A DNA stretch of 56,064 nt from a virus (lineage: Duplodnaviria > Caudoviricetes). The stretch spans positions 1-56,064 of IMG/VR virus record IMGVR_UViG_3300024500_000038. The stretch is one strand, 5' to 3'. A program made the translations under genes and the position numbers. The notes beneath the pieces were generated by a model. The model did not search any database. It was given only the letters and a program-made list of their open reading frames with translations, and was not told the DNA's origin. Below are positions 1 to 8,088 of the stretch, in pieces. The stretch's first letter is position 1. The number at the start of each line of letters is the position of its first letter.

Positions 1-37
1 CTCGCGCTGCGCGCTCGCCGAACGGCCGGGCTACACC

Positions 38-48
38 GCAAGTATAAT
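38..48 (+). promoter_or_regulatory. putative -10 (TATAAT 43-48) overlapping a GCAAGTAT motif
   Basis: Perfect TATAAT upstream of the first + strand gene; the motif recurs in other intergenic regions. Confidence 0.45.
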
Positions 49-148
49 GTTACAAATTAGGCACACACACACACCATGGTTCATAAAAACCTGTTCAGGA
101 TTACCTGCGGGTATGGTATCCTAATCGAAAATCACATTAGAAGGGAGT

Positions 149-568
149 GTGTTCTTGACACACTACGAAATCGCGCAGCAAATAGTGCGCAAGTTAGCAA
201 TGGAGGCTGACCCTGAACTGAAGGGTGGATGGGATGAGTTAGTTGTAAGGACAGGTTTCAATAAAGAAAAACCAGTAGCAACATTAGTGTGGCCATCATG
301 GCGTCTCGAGATATGTACGTTTGAATTACCACAGCATTACATAGAAGATGAAGTCTGGCATATACGCACATCGGATACCACGTACGAGATCAATGGTAAG
401 TGCGTAACCAGAGCGCACGGAAAAGATAACTCACACGATTGGGATATGCATCCTAGAGCTTACGTATCAGATGTAGTCGATCAGTTTCTTGATGGGCTGT
501 GGACACCGCCGTGGCGATGCGGATTCTGCCGTGATCGTATCTCGGGCAAGGTAAAACCAAACTGGTGA
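149..568 (+). CDS. hypothetical protein
   Basis: 139 aa; AAGGGAG SD before GTG; GTGA overlap with next gene. Confidence 0.7.
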   Translation: MFLTHYEIAQQIVRKLAMEADPELKGGWDELVVRTGFNKEKPVATLVWPSWRLEICTFELPQHYIEDEVWHIRTSDTTYEINGKCVTRAHGKDNSHDWDMHPRAYVSDVVDQFLDGLWTPPWRCGFCRDRISGKVKPNW

Positions 569-1125
569 CAAGGCTTCACAATGCAGCAAAAGGCCATCCT
601 AACGCAGTCAATAGCTGGTTCTACTTGGTCCGCATCAAAGGACGACACGTCTGGTGTAAAACCAAGATGGAGGCTGAGAAACAGTCAATCATCAGCATTG
701 ACATAATGCGCACAAGGAAACTAACCGGTCTATTCACGCTGATTCGTGTATGCAAACCAAAGCCAGGTAATGAGAACTTCATTGCCTGGCTGAATGGTGA
801 TTGCCAATGGAAACTTGTGCGCGCAATACAGTTCAGTAACGGTGAGATTGTTGATCGTTACGCAAAGGATGCGTATTTCTGTTTTAATCCTGAGTGGCTC
901 ACGCCTGAAATGCATCCTTCCGTTGCTCACAGTAGCTGGGTGCGGTTATGCAGCGATGATCCGCTGGTTCTTGAGTTAGTAACGCGCGCACCTGATTGGC
1001 GTAGCATGCTAACTGCATTCAAATTGAGTGGGATTACACTAAGCAAGACGCGGCATAAGATAAATCAAACCATCGCGAAATACTTATGGAATTGGGCGCA
1101 CAATGTACGCAACGATGTTGATTGA
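565..1125 (+). CDS. hypothetical protein
   Basis: 186 aa, coupled to upstream ORF. Confidence 0.7.
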   Translation: MTRLHNAAKGHPNAVNSWFYLVRIKGRHVWCKTKMEAEKQSIISIDIMRTRKLTGLFTLIRVCKPKPGNENFIAWLNGDCQWKLVRAIQFSNGEIVDRYAKDAYFCFNPEWLTPEMHPSVAHSSWVRLCSDDPLVLELVTRAPDWRSMLTAFKLSGITLSKTRHKINQTIAKYLWNWAHNVRNDVD

Positions 1126-1235
1126 TAAAGTTTACTAGGATATTCTACGCAAGTAGATAAGTAGCCAGACTGACGTGTTCGCTGGGAGCCAAATAAGCCA
1201 GCCTGGCCGGGGAGGTTATAGAAAGAAGTATACCA

Positions 1236-1649
1236 TTGACAGAGGCACAGCTTCAGACGCAAGTGCGTCACGTATTCGCTGCATTGGGCTATTACGTTAT
1301 CGAAGTAGGCAAGACCAGAGCTAAGTTAAAGTGCGCAAAGTGTGGGTCAATGGCTCACGCTACTGGATGGCAAGGTAACACGCCCGGCGCTCCAGACTTG
1401 TACTTTCATGCTCCTTGGTGGAAGCATCCCATTGCAGTAGCTATTGAACTCAAGATCAAGGGTGGGCGCGTACGCGAACAACAGAAACACCTTGACAATC
1501 TAGGAATGACTAAAGTCTGCCGATCTGTAGGCGCAGTGTTTGAAGTCATCAAGAATGTGGAACAAGAGTATGGGAATGATATTTCCCGTGAGAATTTAGA
1601 AAGGTTCGAGAAACTTAATGGACACCTTATGGCAGTGGGAAAAGACTGA
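1236..1649 (+). CDS. VRR-NUC / PD-(D/E)XK family nuclease
   Basis: TEAQLQ..., GAPDL, IELKIKGGRV...QQ motifs; CxxC insertion. Confidence 0.8.
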   Translation: MTEAQLQTQVRHVFAALGYYVIEVGKTRAKLKCAKCGSMAHATGWQGNTPGAPDLYFHAPWWKHPIAVAIELKIKGGRVREQQKHLDNLGMTKVCRSVGAVFEVIKNVEQEYGNDISRENLERFEKLNGHLMAVGKD

Positions 1650-2355
1650 CCTGTTCTTCATAACGCCGAAGGCATTGGAGACCGTTTACATCCTTGGAGA
1701 TATCAAGGATGGGTATCCAAGCGCAGTCACTAGCAACATCAATGGCAATTCATTGATTGTGCTTGGTGATGATAAAGAGTGCTGTGTCAAAACAGCTAAT
1801 CAAAAGCACAGTACGTTTGATGTCGTAGATGACATTGACGTGACAAAGTTCGATGCAAAACCTGTGCAATGGGGCGCCATCTCGCATCTGTTCAGGACTG
1901 TCTATTACAAAGGGCAGCCACGGTGCATCCGTGGTGGCGCTGACTACACTGTTTCCAACCTGCGATGCTGGCCTGGTGGGCCTTTGTTTCCTAGTCCCGT
2001 AGAGCAGGCTGGATACGTTGCGTACAACAAGCGACCTTACGTGAGTAATGACGGTGTTATGTACCTAACCCCAGATGCTCGCGACTTTGCTGCTTGCATG
2101 GAGATAATCAAGGACACAGGTGAAGGCGGATACGAGTTCGATGGGTATGAGTTCGAATACGTAAACACGAACTTAGGTGAGGTCGTTATTCTAGCTATGA
2201 AGCATGAAGTGAACACGATCTTCTACCGTGGCGCTGAATATGATGCCCGAGACCTAGCGTACAACATGAGATTGTTTGCTGAACTAGAAATGAAGAACGG
2301 AATCGGCGACCCTGAAGAGGAGTTGCTTTCGAAGATAAATGGAGAGAAAAAATGA
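1618..2355 (+). CDS. hypothetical protein
   Basis: 245 aa acidic ORF in operon. Confidence 0.7.
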   Translation: MDTLWQWEKTDLFFITPKALETVYILGDIKDGYPSAVTSNINGNSLIVLGDDKECCVKTANQKHSTFDVVDDIDVTKFDAKPVQWGAISHLFRTVYYKGQPRCIRGGADYTVSNLRCWPGGPLFPSPVEQAGYVAYNKRPYVSNDGVMYLTPDARDFAACMEIIKDTGEGGYEFDGYEFEYVNTNLGEVVILAMKHEVNTIFYRGAEYDARDLAYNMRLFAELEMKNGIGDPEEELLSKINGEKK

Positions 2356-3047
2356 TTCAAAAGATGTCAGATGAGATTGGTGAATTGATAGCTGCGCTAT
2401 GCTCAGCACAGGCTGAAATGGGTAGCATCGGACGCGATGGCAAGAACCCACACTTCAAGTCGCAGTACGCTACATTGGACAACATCCTGGACACTGTCCG
2501 TCCGATCCTTGCAAAGAATGGCCTTGTGTTGATTCAGGGCTGCAAGAATGAGCAGACTGAAAAGATTAGCGGTCTTGATGTGACTACGACATTGGCCCAC
2601 AAGTCCGGTCAATGGATTGCCACACATGTGTACGTACCTGTCAACAAGCAGGATGCGCACGCTGTTGGATCCGCACTCACGTATGGTCGGCGCTATGGTG
2701 CTGCCGCCATCCTCGCTATCAGCACAGACAATGATGATGATGGTAACGCTGCTGTTACACAGCACCGAATGCAGCAACAACCACAACAAGTCAAGGTTAC
2801 AGGTAAGGCTGAAGTAACTCAGGCTGTCGATGACGCAACCTTGCGCAAGCAGTTCTTTGCTGCGCTCAAGGCATTGAACTCAGACATAACGGCTGACACA
2901 GCTAAGGAAGTTTTTATCCGGCTGATGGGTGATGTGTCCCTGTCAGGCCAAGCATTGAATGACGCGATTACTATGGTCACTGGCCATAAGACGTGGGACG
3001 CGTTCTATCAGTTCATGGACAGCCATGTAGCCGTGGGAGGTAAGTAA
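2352..3047 (+). CDS. ERF-family single-strand annealing protein
   Basis: NPHFKSQYATLD, GSALTYGRRY, DDDGN motifs. Confidence 0.92.
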   Translation: MIQKMSDEIGELIAALCSAQAEMGSIGRDGKNPHFKSQYATLDNILDTVRPILAKNGLVLIQGCKNEQTEKISGLDVTTTLAHKSGQWIATHVYVPVNKQDAHAVGSALTYGRRYGAAAILAISTDNDDDGNAAVTQHRMQQQPQQVKVTGKAEVTQAVDDATLRKQFFAALKALNSDITADTAKEVFIRLMGDVSLSGQALNDAITMVTGHKTWDAFYQFMDSHVAVGGK

Positions 3048-3655
3048 TGGAAGACATAACGCAGATTGAGTGGGTCGAGATACCCGATGAAGAGGGACGT
3101 GTACATCTGTACCATCCAGAAACAGGCGAGTGGGCCGGCCCCAAAGGGGGCTGGCTTCCAGCCAGCATTGAGACGGATGATGACGTACATGTCGTGATGC
3201 GTCTGCATGCCAAGACTTGTGCGCAGATTAAGGCACAGCGCGAAGTTATCAAGCGCATCGTTGAGCAGGAGAGTCGCATGCTTCGCGGACTAACATCCCG
3301 CATCGAACGCATCGAATCCATGTACGCAGAGCAGTTGGGTAATTGGGCTGAACAGAACTTGCCACGCGATAAGAACGGCAACCTTCGTACCAAGACCATG
3401 AAGTTGCCATTCGGCGATATTGTCCTACGCGAAACAAAGGACAAGGTCGTTGTCACGAATCCTGAGTCGGCGATCCTGTGGGCAGAGGATTTCTGTCCCG
3501 CCGCAGTCTCGGTGAAGAAAAGCTTCTTGGTCAGTCAAATGCCTGACGATGTAAAGGCCAAGATGTTTGAAGACGAAGGCTTTGCTACCATTCATGGGTT
3601 GTCCGTCGAACGTGGCGCACGGACCGTTGCTATCAAGACCGTAACCAGTGAGTAG
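3047..3655 (+). CDS. Mu Gam-like host-nuclease inhibitor / DNA end-binding protein
   Basis: Coiled coil followed by KTMKLPFGDIVLRETKDKV; adjacent to ERF. Confidence 0.7.
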   Translation: MEDITQIEWVEIPDEEGRVHLYHPETGEWAGPKGGWLPASIETDDDVHVVMRLHAKTCAQIKAQREVIKRIVEQESRMLRGLTSRIERIESMYAEQLGNWAEQNLPRDKNGNLRTKTMKLPFGDIVLRETKDKVVVTNPESAILWAEDFCPAAVSVKKSFLVSQMPDDVKAKMFEDEGFATIHGLSVERGARTVAIKTVTSE

Positions 3656-3782
3656 TGTGCTGGTTGCAGTAACTGTCGTGGGCGTGATCATTGTGTTCAC
3701 GCCCATTCTTGTCCTCGCCTACATAGCCACAACCATAGAGCGATGGGTCAATGAAAAGAACGAAAGGTACGACAATGAGTAG
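3648..3782 (+). CDS. 44-aa single-pass membrane protein (not in ORF track)
   Basis: MSSVLVAVTVVGVIIVFTPILVLAYIATTIERWVNEKNERYDNE; overlaps the upstream stop and downstream ATG and fills the gap exactly. Confidence 0.65.
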   Translation: MSSVLVAVTVVGVIIVFTPILVLAYIATTIERWVNEKNERYDNE

Positions 3783-4347
3783 GGAAGAAGTTGTCCGCAT
3801 TGCCAGCATTCCAGATGCAATCCACATCAGCGATGTTGGTGTTACGTTTAGTGGACAGTTAGATGAGAACGACTGGATCCGACTGATGGGAACCCTTACC
3901 CGGCTAGAGAAAGCCATACAGTTCTCGATCGGTGACGCGCTCAACTACGGTAATGCCAGATACGGAGAAAAGTACAGCCAGGCCATGGAAGTCACAGGGC
4001 TGACATACCAAGCTCTTGCGAACTATTCATGGGTTTCGGCAGCGGTACCCATCGAGAATCGTAAAACAAACGTTACGTGGAGCCATCACAGACTGGCAGC
4101 TAAGTTACCGAAGGACGAACAGGCCACTGCTCTGTCGCTTGCCGAGCAGAATGATTGGACTCTAGATGAGATGAAGGAATACATTGACGGTAAACCAGCA
4201 AACCCACGCAACATTGAAACAGTAATTGTTCCGACAGGTATCAGCCCGAAGGAAGCGACCGACGTCCTGAAGGCATATGCAAAATGTCAACGCGAAGATG
4301 AACCCGTCGAGACATGCGAACGTTGTCCATTGAGGAGTATCGGATGA
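3775..4347 (+). CDS. LmbU-like DNA-binding protein
   Basis: IGDALNYG..RYGEKYSQAMEVTGLTYQALANYSWV...RK..VTWSHH pattern; ATG 3775 preferred. Confidence 0.7.
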   Translation: MSREEVVRIASIPDAIHISDVGVTFSGQLDENDWIRLMGTLTRLEKAIQFSIGDALNYGNARYGEKYSQAMEVTGLTYQALANYSWVSAAVPIENRKTNVTWSHHRLAAKLPKDEQATALSLAEQNDWTLDEMKEYIDGKPANPRNIETVIVPTGISPKEATDVLKAYAKCQREDEPVETCERCPLRSIG

Positions 4348-5201
4348 TCGCTGTGACATTCGGGCATTTTCGTGGCGATAACCGCGACATAGCTGTGACA
4401 AATCTAAGTATGTACGGGGACTTCAAGGAACACTTGAAGTCCTTTCAGCCTACCGATTGGATGGTATTCACGTATCTAATTTTCCAGATGACAGCTAAGA
4501 CACCCGCTGTGGCCGTCTCTGTTGGCGAAATAGCGAAGAATTGTGGCCTGTCCGAGTCAACTGTCAGATCCACGGTTAAACGCCTCTCTACGGTCAAAAT
4601 CGGCGACCAGAGAATACTCATTGTCAAGCAGCGCACGGACTCGGATGGTAGTCCGATGCAGAACTTGTACGTGTTACTGCCCACCAATGAAGAGGTCGAA
4701 TGGTTTGAGGGTACTGTAGATTTTGGGGGTACCTCAAATTTTGAGGGAGGGGGTACCTCAAATTTTGAGGGAGGGGGTACCTCAAATTTTGAGGGACACT
4801 ATAGTAAGCCTGTTAATTCGGTAGGCTTATTAAATATAAATAAACCCCCTATAATTCCCCCAAAGCCAAAGAAGGGTGTTTCTTTACCTAAAGATGACGA
4901 TCCAGCGCTGCCTTTATTCCTGGCATGGCGGCGCACCGTGTACCCAGAACTGAACGATGAATACACATTAGCCGAGTGGAGGAAAGCTCACATAGTCCTT
5001 CGGCAAATGATTCACAAGGGTGTTACGGAGGACGACGTGCAACGTGCGACGTCAGTACTGATTCGTAAATGGAAGAACAGGGACATGGTAACAATGCATG
5101 CTCTGTGGAGTCACTGGGCTACAGCGAATACCGTTGGATCATCCGGCGTCGTTTCACAGGGAGCATTGAGTGCAATCAGAGCAGCAAAGGGTATTGACTG
5201 A
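4344..5201 (+). CDS. replication initiator (lambda O-like, winged HTH)
   Basis: HTH EIAKNCGLSESTVRSTVKRL, NLYVL, internal iterons, upstream of loader and DnaB; ATGA overlap at 4344. Confidence 0.8.
   Translation: MIAVTFGHFRGDNRDIAVTNLSMYGDFKEHLKSFQPTDWMVFTYLIFQMTAKTPAVAVSVGEIAKNCGLSESTVRSTVKRLSTVKIGDQRILIVKQRTDSDGSPMQNLYVLLPTNEEVEWFEGTVDFGGTSNFEGGGTSNFEGGGTSNFEGHYSKPVNSVGLLNINKPPIIPPKPKKGVSLPKDDDPALPLFLAWRRTVYPELNDEYTLAEWRKAHIVLRQMIHKGVTEDDVQRATSVLIRKWKNRDMVTMHALWSHWATANTVGSSGVVSQGALSAIRAAKGID
4725..4796. repeat. three perfect tandem 24-bp iterons GGGGGTACCTCAAATTTTGAGGGA (putative origin)
   Basis: Units at 4725, 4749 and 4773, each with the inverted repeat CCTCAAA-T-TTTGAGG; AT-rich tract follows at ~4828-4845. 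Confidence 0.9.
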
Positions 5202-5223
5202 TACTTGCCTGCTAGTGTATAAA
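5194..5223 (+). promoter_or_regulatory. putative sigma70 promoter TTGACT-N18-TATAAA
   Basis: Precedes GAGAGG SD and ATG 5242; spacer contains ATACTTGC. Confidence 0.5.
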
Positions 5224-5241
5224 CAAATCGGGAGAGGTTAT

Positions 5242-5565
5242 ATGTACGATCCAGACACATACAAAACATATCCGTTTCACAGACTGGTTTATCGGTGGGA
5301 AGAACTAGGCGATGTTGACTGCTATAGTTCTACAATCGACCATTACACAAGAACTGTTACAGTCGAATGTGACAACATCAAAGAAGTCATTGAGATGGTG
5401 TTAGGTGCAGTTCGATTAGTTCGACAGAATGTCAGCATAGAAGTTGCGTGTACTGAAATGGGAATCAGACAACCAACGGAAGAAGAGCTTCGGTTCATCA
5501 AGGATCTAACAGATTACGATGATGATGAGGCCCAGGAAATTATCGAGGAGGTTATTAGTGACTGA
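5242..5565 (+). CDS. hypothetical protein
   Basis: SD-supported ATG at 5242 within the 5170 ORF. Confidence 0.7.
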   Translation: MYDPDTYKTYPFHRLVYRWEELGDVDCYSSTIDHYTRTVTVECDNIKEVIEMVLGAVRLVRQNVSIEVACTEMGIRQPTEEELRFIKDLTDYDDDEAQEIIEEVISD

Positions 5566-6091
5566 GAAGACTTTTGTGGCGTTTGCTAACTTCATGAGTG
5601 CGATGCCAGCTAAGCAAGAATGGGATGAGCGATCATCTGGTTTGTATGCCCTAGCGATGAGTGATTGGTCTGATGATGTAGTCAAGGCTGTAACCAAAGC
5701 GGCCGCCACACGTTGCAATTTCAGGCCATCGCCTTTCGAACTTCGTAACATTGCATTCGACATTATCTTCAACGGTGTTGATATCAACAGGATTACAAAT
5801 GAGATTAAGTCGATCATCCTTCATAAGCCATTGTCAATGCGTAATTCAGCACTTGAATCAATGGCTGAGAACAATCCTGACCTTAGAATCGTAGCTGACG
5901 TCGTCAAGCAGGCCGGCGGTTGGTTAACGCTAGGTAGCGTAACACCTGAACGCTTTGATTCTGTTATCCAATCAGCATTAGTCTCCGTGCTAAACTCCAG
6001 TAAATATGAGTTATTGCTAACTAAACCCATGAATGAATGGGCGCAGCAAATTGGAGACTCCGATGGGCAGAAGGAAAAATTGCTTGGTTAG
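5558..6091 (+). CDS. putative helicase loader/inhibitor-like protein
   Basis: Lies between initiator and DnaB; FRPSPFELR and VV..AGGW motifs; GAGGAGG before GTG 5558. Confidence 0.55.
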   Translation: MTEKTFVAFANFMSAMPAKQEWDERSSGLYALAMSDWSDDVVKAVTKAAATRCNFRPSPFELRNIAFDIIFNGVDINRITNEIKSIILHKPLSMRNSALESMAENNPDLRIVADVVKQAGGWLTLGSVTPERFDSVIQSALVSVLNSSKYELLLTKPMNEWAQQIGDSDGQKEKLLG

Positions 6092-6347
6092 TCCAGGTGT
6101 ATGCCTCACAGGCCTACATAGCGAACTGGTAGCAGTGGAGGCATTACTGAACTTCACTGCTATCTGTTGCAGTCGGAAGGTACATCGACACTTTTGTTCT
6201 ATGGTCAAGAAAGCTAAGGCTGGTATCGCTGATCCAGTTGAGCTTCTTATAAAAATGGAATACACATTAGATTCATTCGCATACAGGAATGGCTTTATGT
6301 TCGGACAACACGAAGAACGTCCTGATGAATGGGGGTTTTATGAATAA
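6063..6347 (+). CDS. hypothetical protein
   Basis: GGAG SD before ATG 6063; coupled to dnaB. Confidence 0.6.
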   Translation: MGRRKNCLVSPGVCLTGLHSELVAVEALLNFTAICCSRKVHRHFCSMVKKAKAGIADPVELLIKMEYTLDSFAYRNGFMFGQHEERPDEWGFYE

Positions 6348-7656
6348 TCCACCACCTCACAACATTGAAAGTGAGATGGCATTACTAGGCGCGATCCTTT
6401 TGGGGGGAGCGCCTGTTCTATCTAAAGTACTACCTTATATCCCGGATGGCGGCAGCTTTTACAGGCAAGCCCATGGCGTCATCTACGATGCATTTGCCAA
6501 GATTGGAAGCGAGAATAACCCTATAGACATTGTCTCGACAATGGACACACTGAACTCAAGGTCTGAGCTTGACAAAGTTGGAGGTATTGCATTCCTGATG
6601 CAGTTAGGTGAATTCGTACCTACTACATCCAACGCTGAATACTATGCCAAGATTGTGCGTCGTGATTCGGATCTGCGCAGAATCATTGAGCATTCAATGG
6701 AGATTATTGATCTAGGCTATAGCTCAGACCTGGAACCACAGGAGATTATAGACAAAGCAACGTTAATGATGGGGTCGATCACCAAGGATGGAAATACCGA
6801 AGTACATCATGTAGATGACCACATAGCAGAAGCCATCAATGATATTGCAAGTCGTCAGAATGACCACAAAGTATCTGGCATAAGTAGTGGTTACAAGGCT
6901 TTGGACGACATGATCGGCGGCTGGCGTAAAGGTGAGATGATAGTACTCGGCGCCCGTCCATCAATGGGTAAGAGTGCTTTTGCGATGGCACTAGCACGCA
7001 ATGCGAGTAGGCAAAACGCAAAGACATTGTTTATGAGCATTGAGATGTCCATGCAAATGACAATACATAGGTTGCTATCCTTAGAATCAGGCATAGACTT
7101 ACGACGTATCTCGAACAGTAAACTGACAGATTCTGAAATACTGCACCTGCGTGGCGCCAGAGCTAATCTGTTTGATGCACCATTATTTGTTGCAGCAAAG
7201 AATCCAATGTCCATGTCCGATATACGGAGCCTATGCATTAGGTTTAAGGAAAAGAATGGACTAGACTTTGTGATCATAGACTTTCTACAGATGGTGGAAA
7301 CTAAAGGCGTTAACAGAATTACCGAGATAGGAGCGGTAAGTCGTGGTGTGAAGCAGTTAGCAAGAGAGCTTGATATACCTGTGCTAATCCTGTCATCCCT
7401 AAACAGGGCTAGTGATAAGCGGGATGACAAACGCCCTACATTACCAGACCTGCGCGAGTCAGGAGACATTGAGTCCGATGCAGACGTTGTGGCATTCCTA
7501 TATCGTGCGAGTTACTACTCGGCTGTAGAGCCATCACCTATTGATGAAATCGAAGTCATCATCCGAAAGAACAGGAATGGACCGATTGGAACTGTATCCC
7601 TTGAATACAGACCAGCAATCGGTGCGTTTAGTGAATTGAGTTTTGGTGGACTATGA
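6340..7656 (+). CDS. dnaB: replicative DNA helicase
   Basis: PPHNIESE N-terminus, Walker A GARPSMGKS, IIDFLQ, DLRESGDIESDAD, KNRNGPIG. Confidence 0.97.
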   Translation: MNNPPPHNIESEMALLGAILLGGAPVLSKVLPYIPDGGSFYRQAHGVIYDAFAKIGSENNPIDIVSTMDTLNSRSELDKVGGIAFLMQLGEFVPTTSNAEYYAKIVRRDSDLRRIIEHSMEIIDLGYSSDLEPQEIIDKATLMMGSITKDGNTEVHHVDDHIAEAINDIASRQNDHKVSGISSGYKALDDMIGGWRKGEMIVLGARPSMGKSAFAMALARNASRQNAKTLFMSIEMSMQMTIHRLLSLESGIDLRRISNSKLTDSEILHLRGARANLFDAPLFVAAKNPMSMSDIRSLCIRFKEKNGLDFVIIDFLQMVETKGVNRITEIGAVSRGVKQLARELDIPVLILSSLNRASDKRDDKRPTLPDLRESGDIESDADVVAFLYRASYYSAVEPSPIDEIEVIIRKNRNGPIGTVSLEYRPAIGAFSELSFGGL

Positions 7657-8030
7657 GAGAAGTAAAAAGACTAACACCTTGGCTACGCGTAGTACTTATT
7701 ACATGTGTGTTGTGCAACGACAGAAATGAGGCAGCCAGACGACTCGGTATTAGTTACAGACGTATCAGAGATGACATAAGTAAAGTCTATTACCTGACCA
7801 ATACTAGAACGCCATGGCATGCAGCCCTCAGGCTAGGGATACTTCGAATCAACTACGATGAAATACCAGACTTTCTAGCAGTTGATGAAGTAGCCCTAGC
7901 GCCAGGCATATCGATTCTTATCGAACCTTATTCAGCCTCGGGTTCTTTCGTTTGGCGGCGGGACCGGCCTTTCGAGATGCTGACGCCAGAATCGCGCCAG
8001 CCCGATCCATCGGAATCCCCTGCTTCTTAG
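7653..8030 (+). CDS. LuxR-type HTH regulator
   Basis: LTP...EAARRLGISYRRIRDDISKVY...AALRLGIL. Confidence 0.65.
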   Translation: MREVKRLTPWLRVVLITCVLCNDRNEAARRLGISYRRIRDDISKVYYLTNTRTPWHAALRLGILRINYDEIPDFLAVDEVALAPGISILIEPYSASGSFVWRRDRPFEMLTPESRQPDPSESPAS

Positions 8031-8088
8031 CGATCTTTTGCTGCACAGCCTTGAATCCGGGATGTGCAGCAGACTTCTTACTATTCAT
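7918..8088 (-). CDS. 56-aa basic protein (not in ORF track)
   Basis: MNSKKSAAHPGFKAVQQKIAKKQGIPMDRAGAILASASRKAGPAAKRKNPRLNKVR; GGAGG SD; start overlaps the stop of the giant gene. Confidence 0.8.
   Translation of the reverse strand: MNSKKSAAHPGFKAVQQKIAKKQGIPMDRAGAILASASRKAGPAAKRKNPRLNKVR

Noticed and set aside
4725-4796. CRISPR array
   Set aside because: Units are directly adjacent with no spacers and lie in-frame within the initiator gene; they are iterons.
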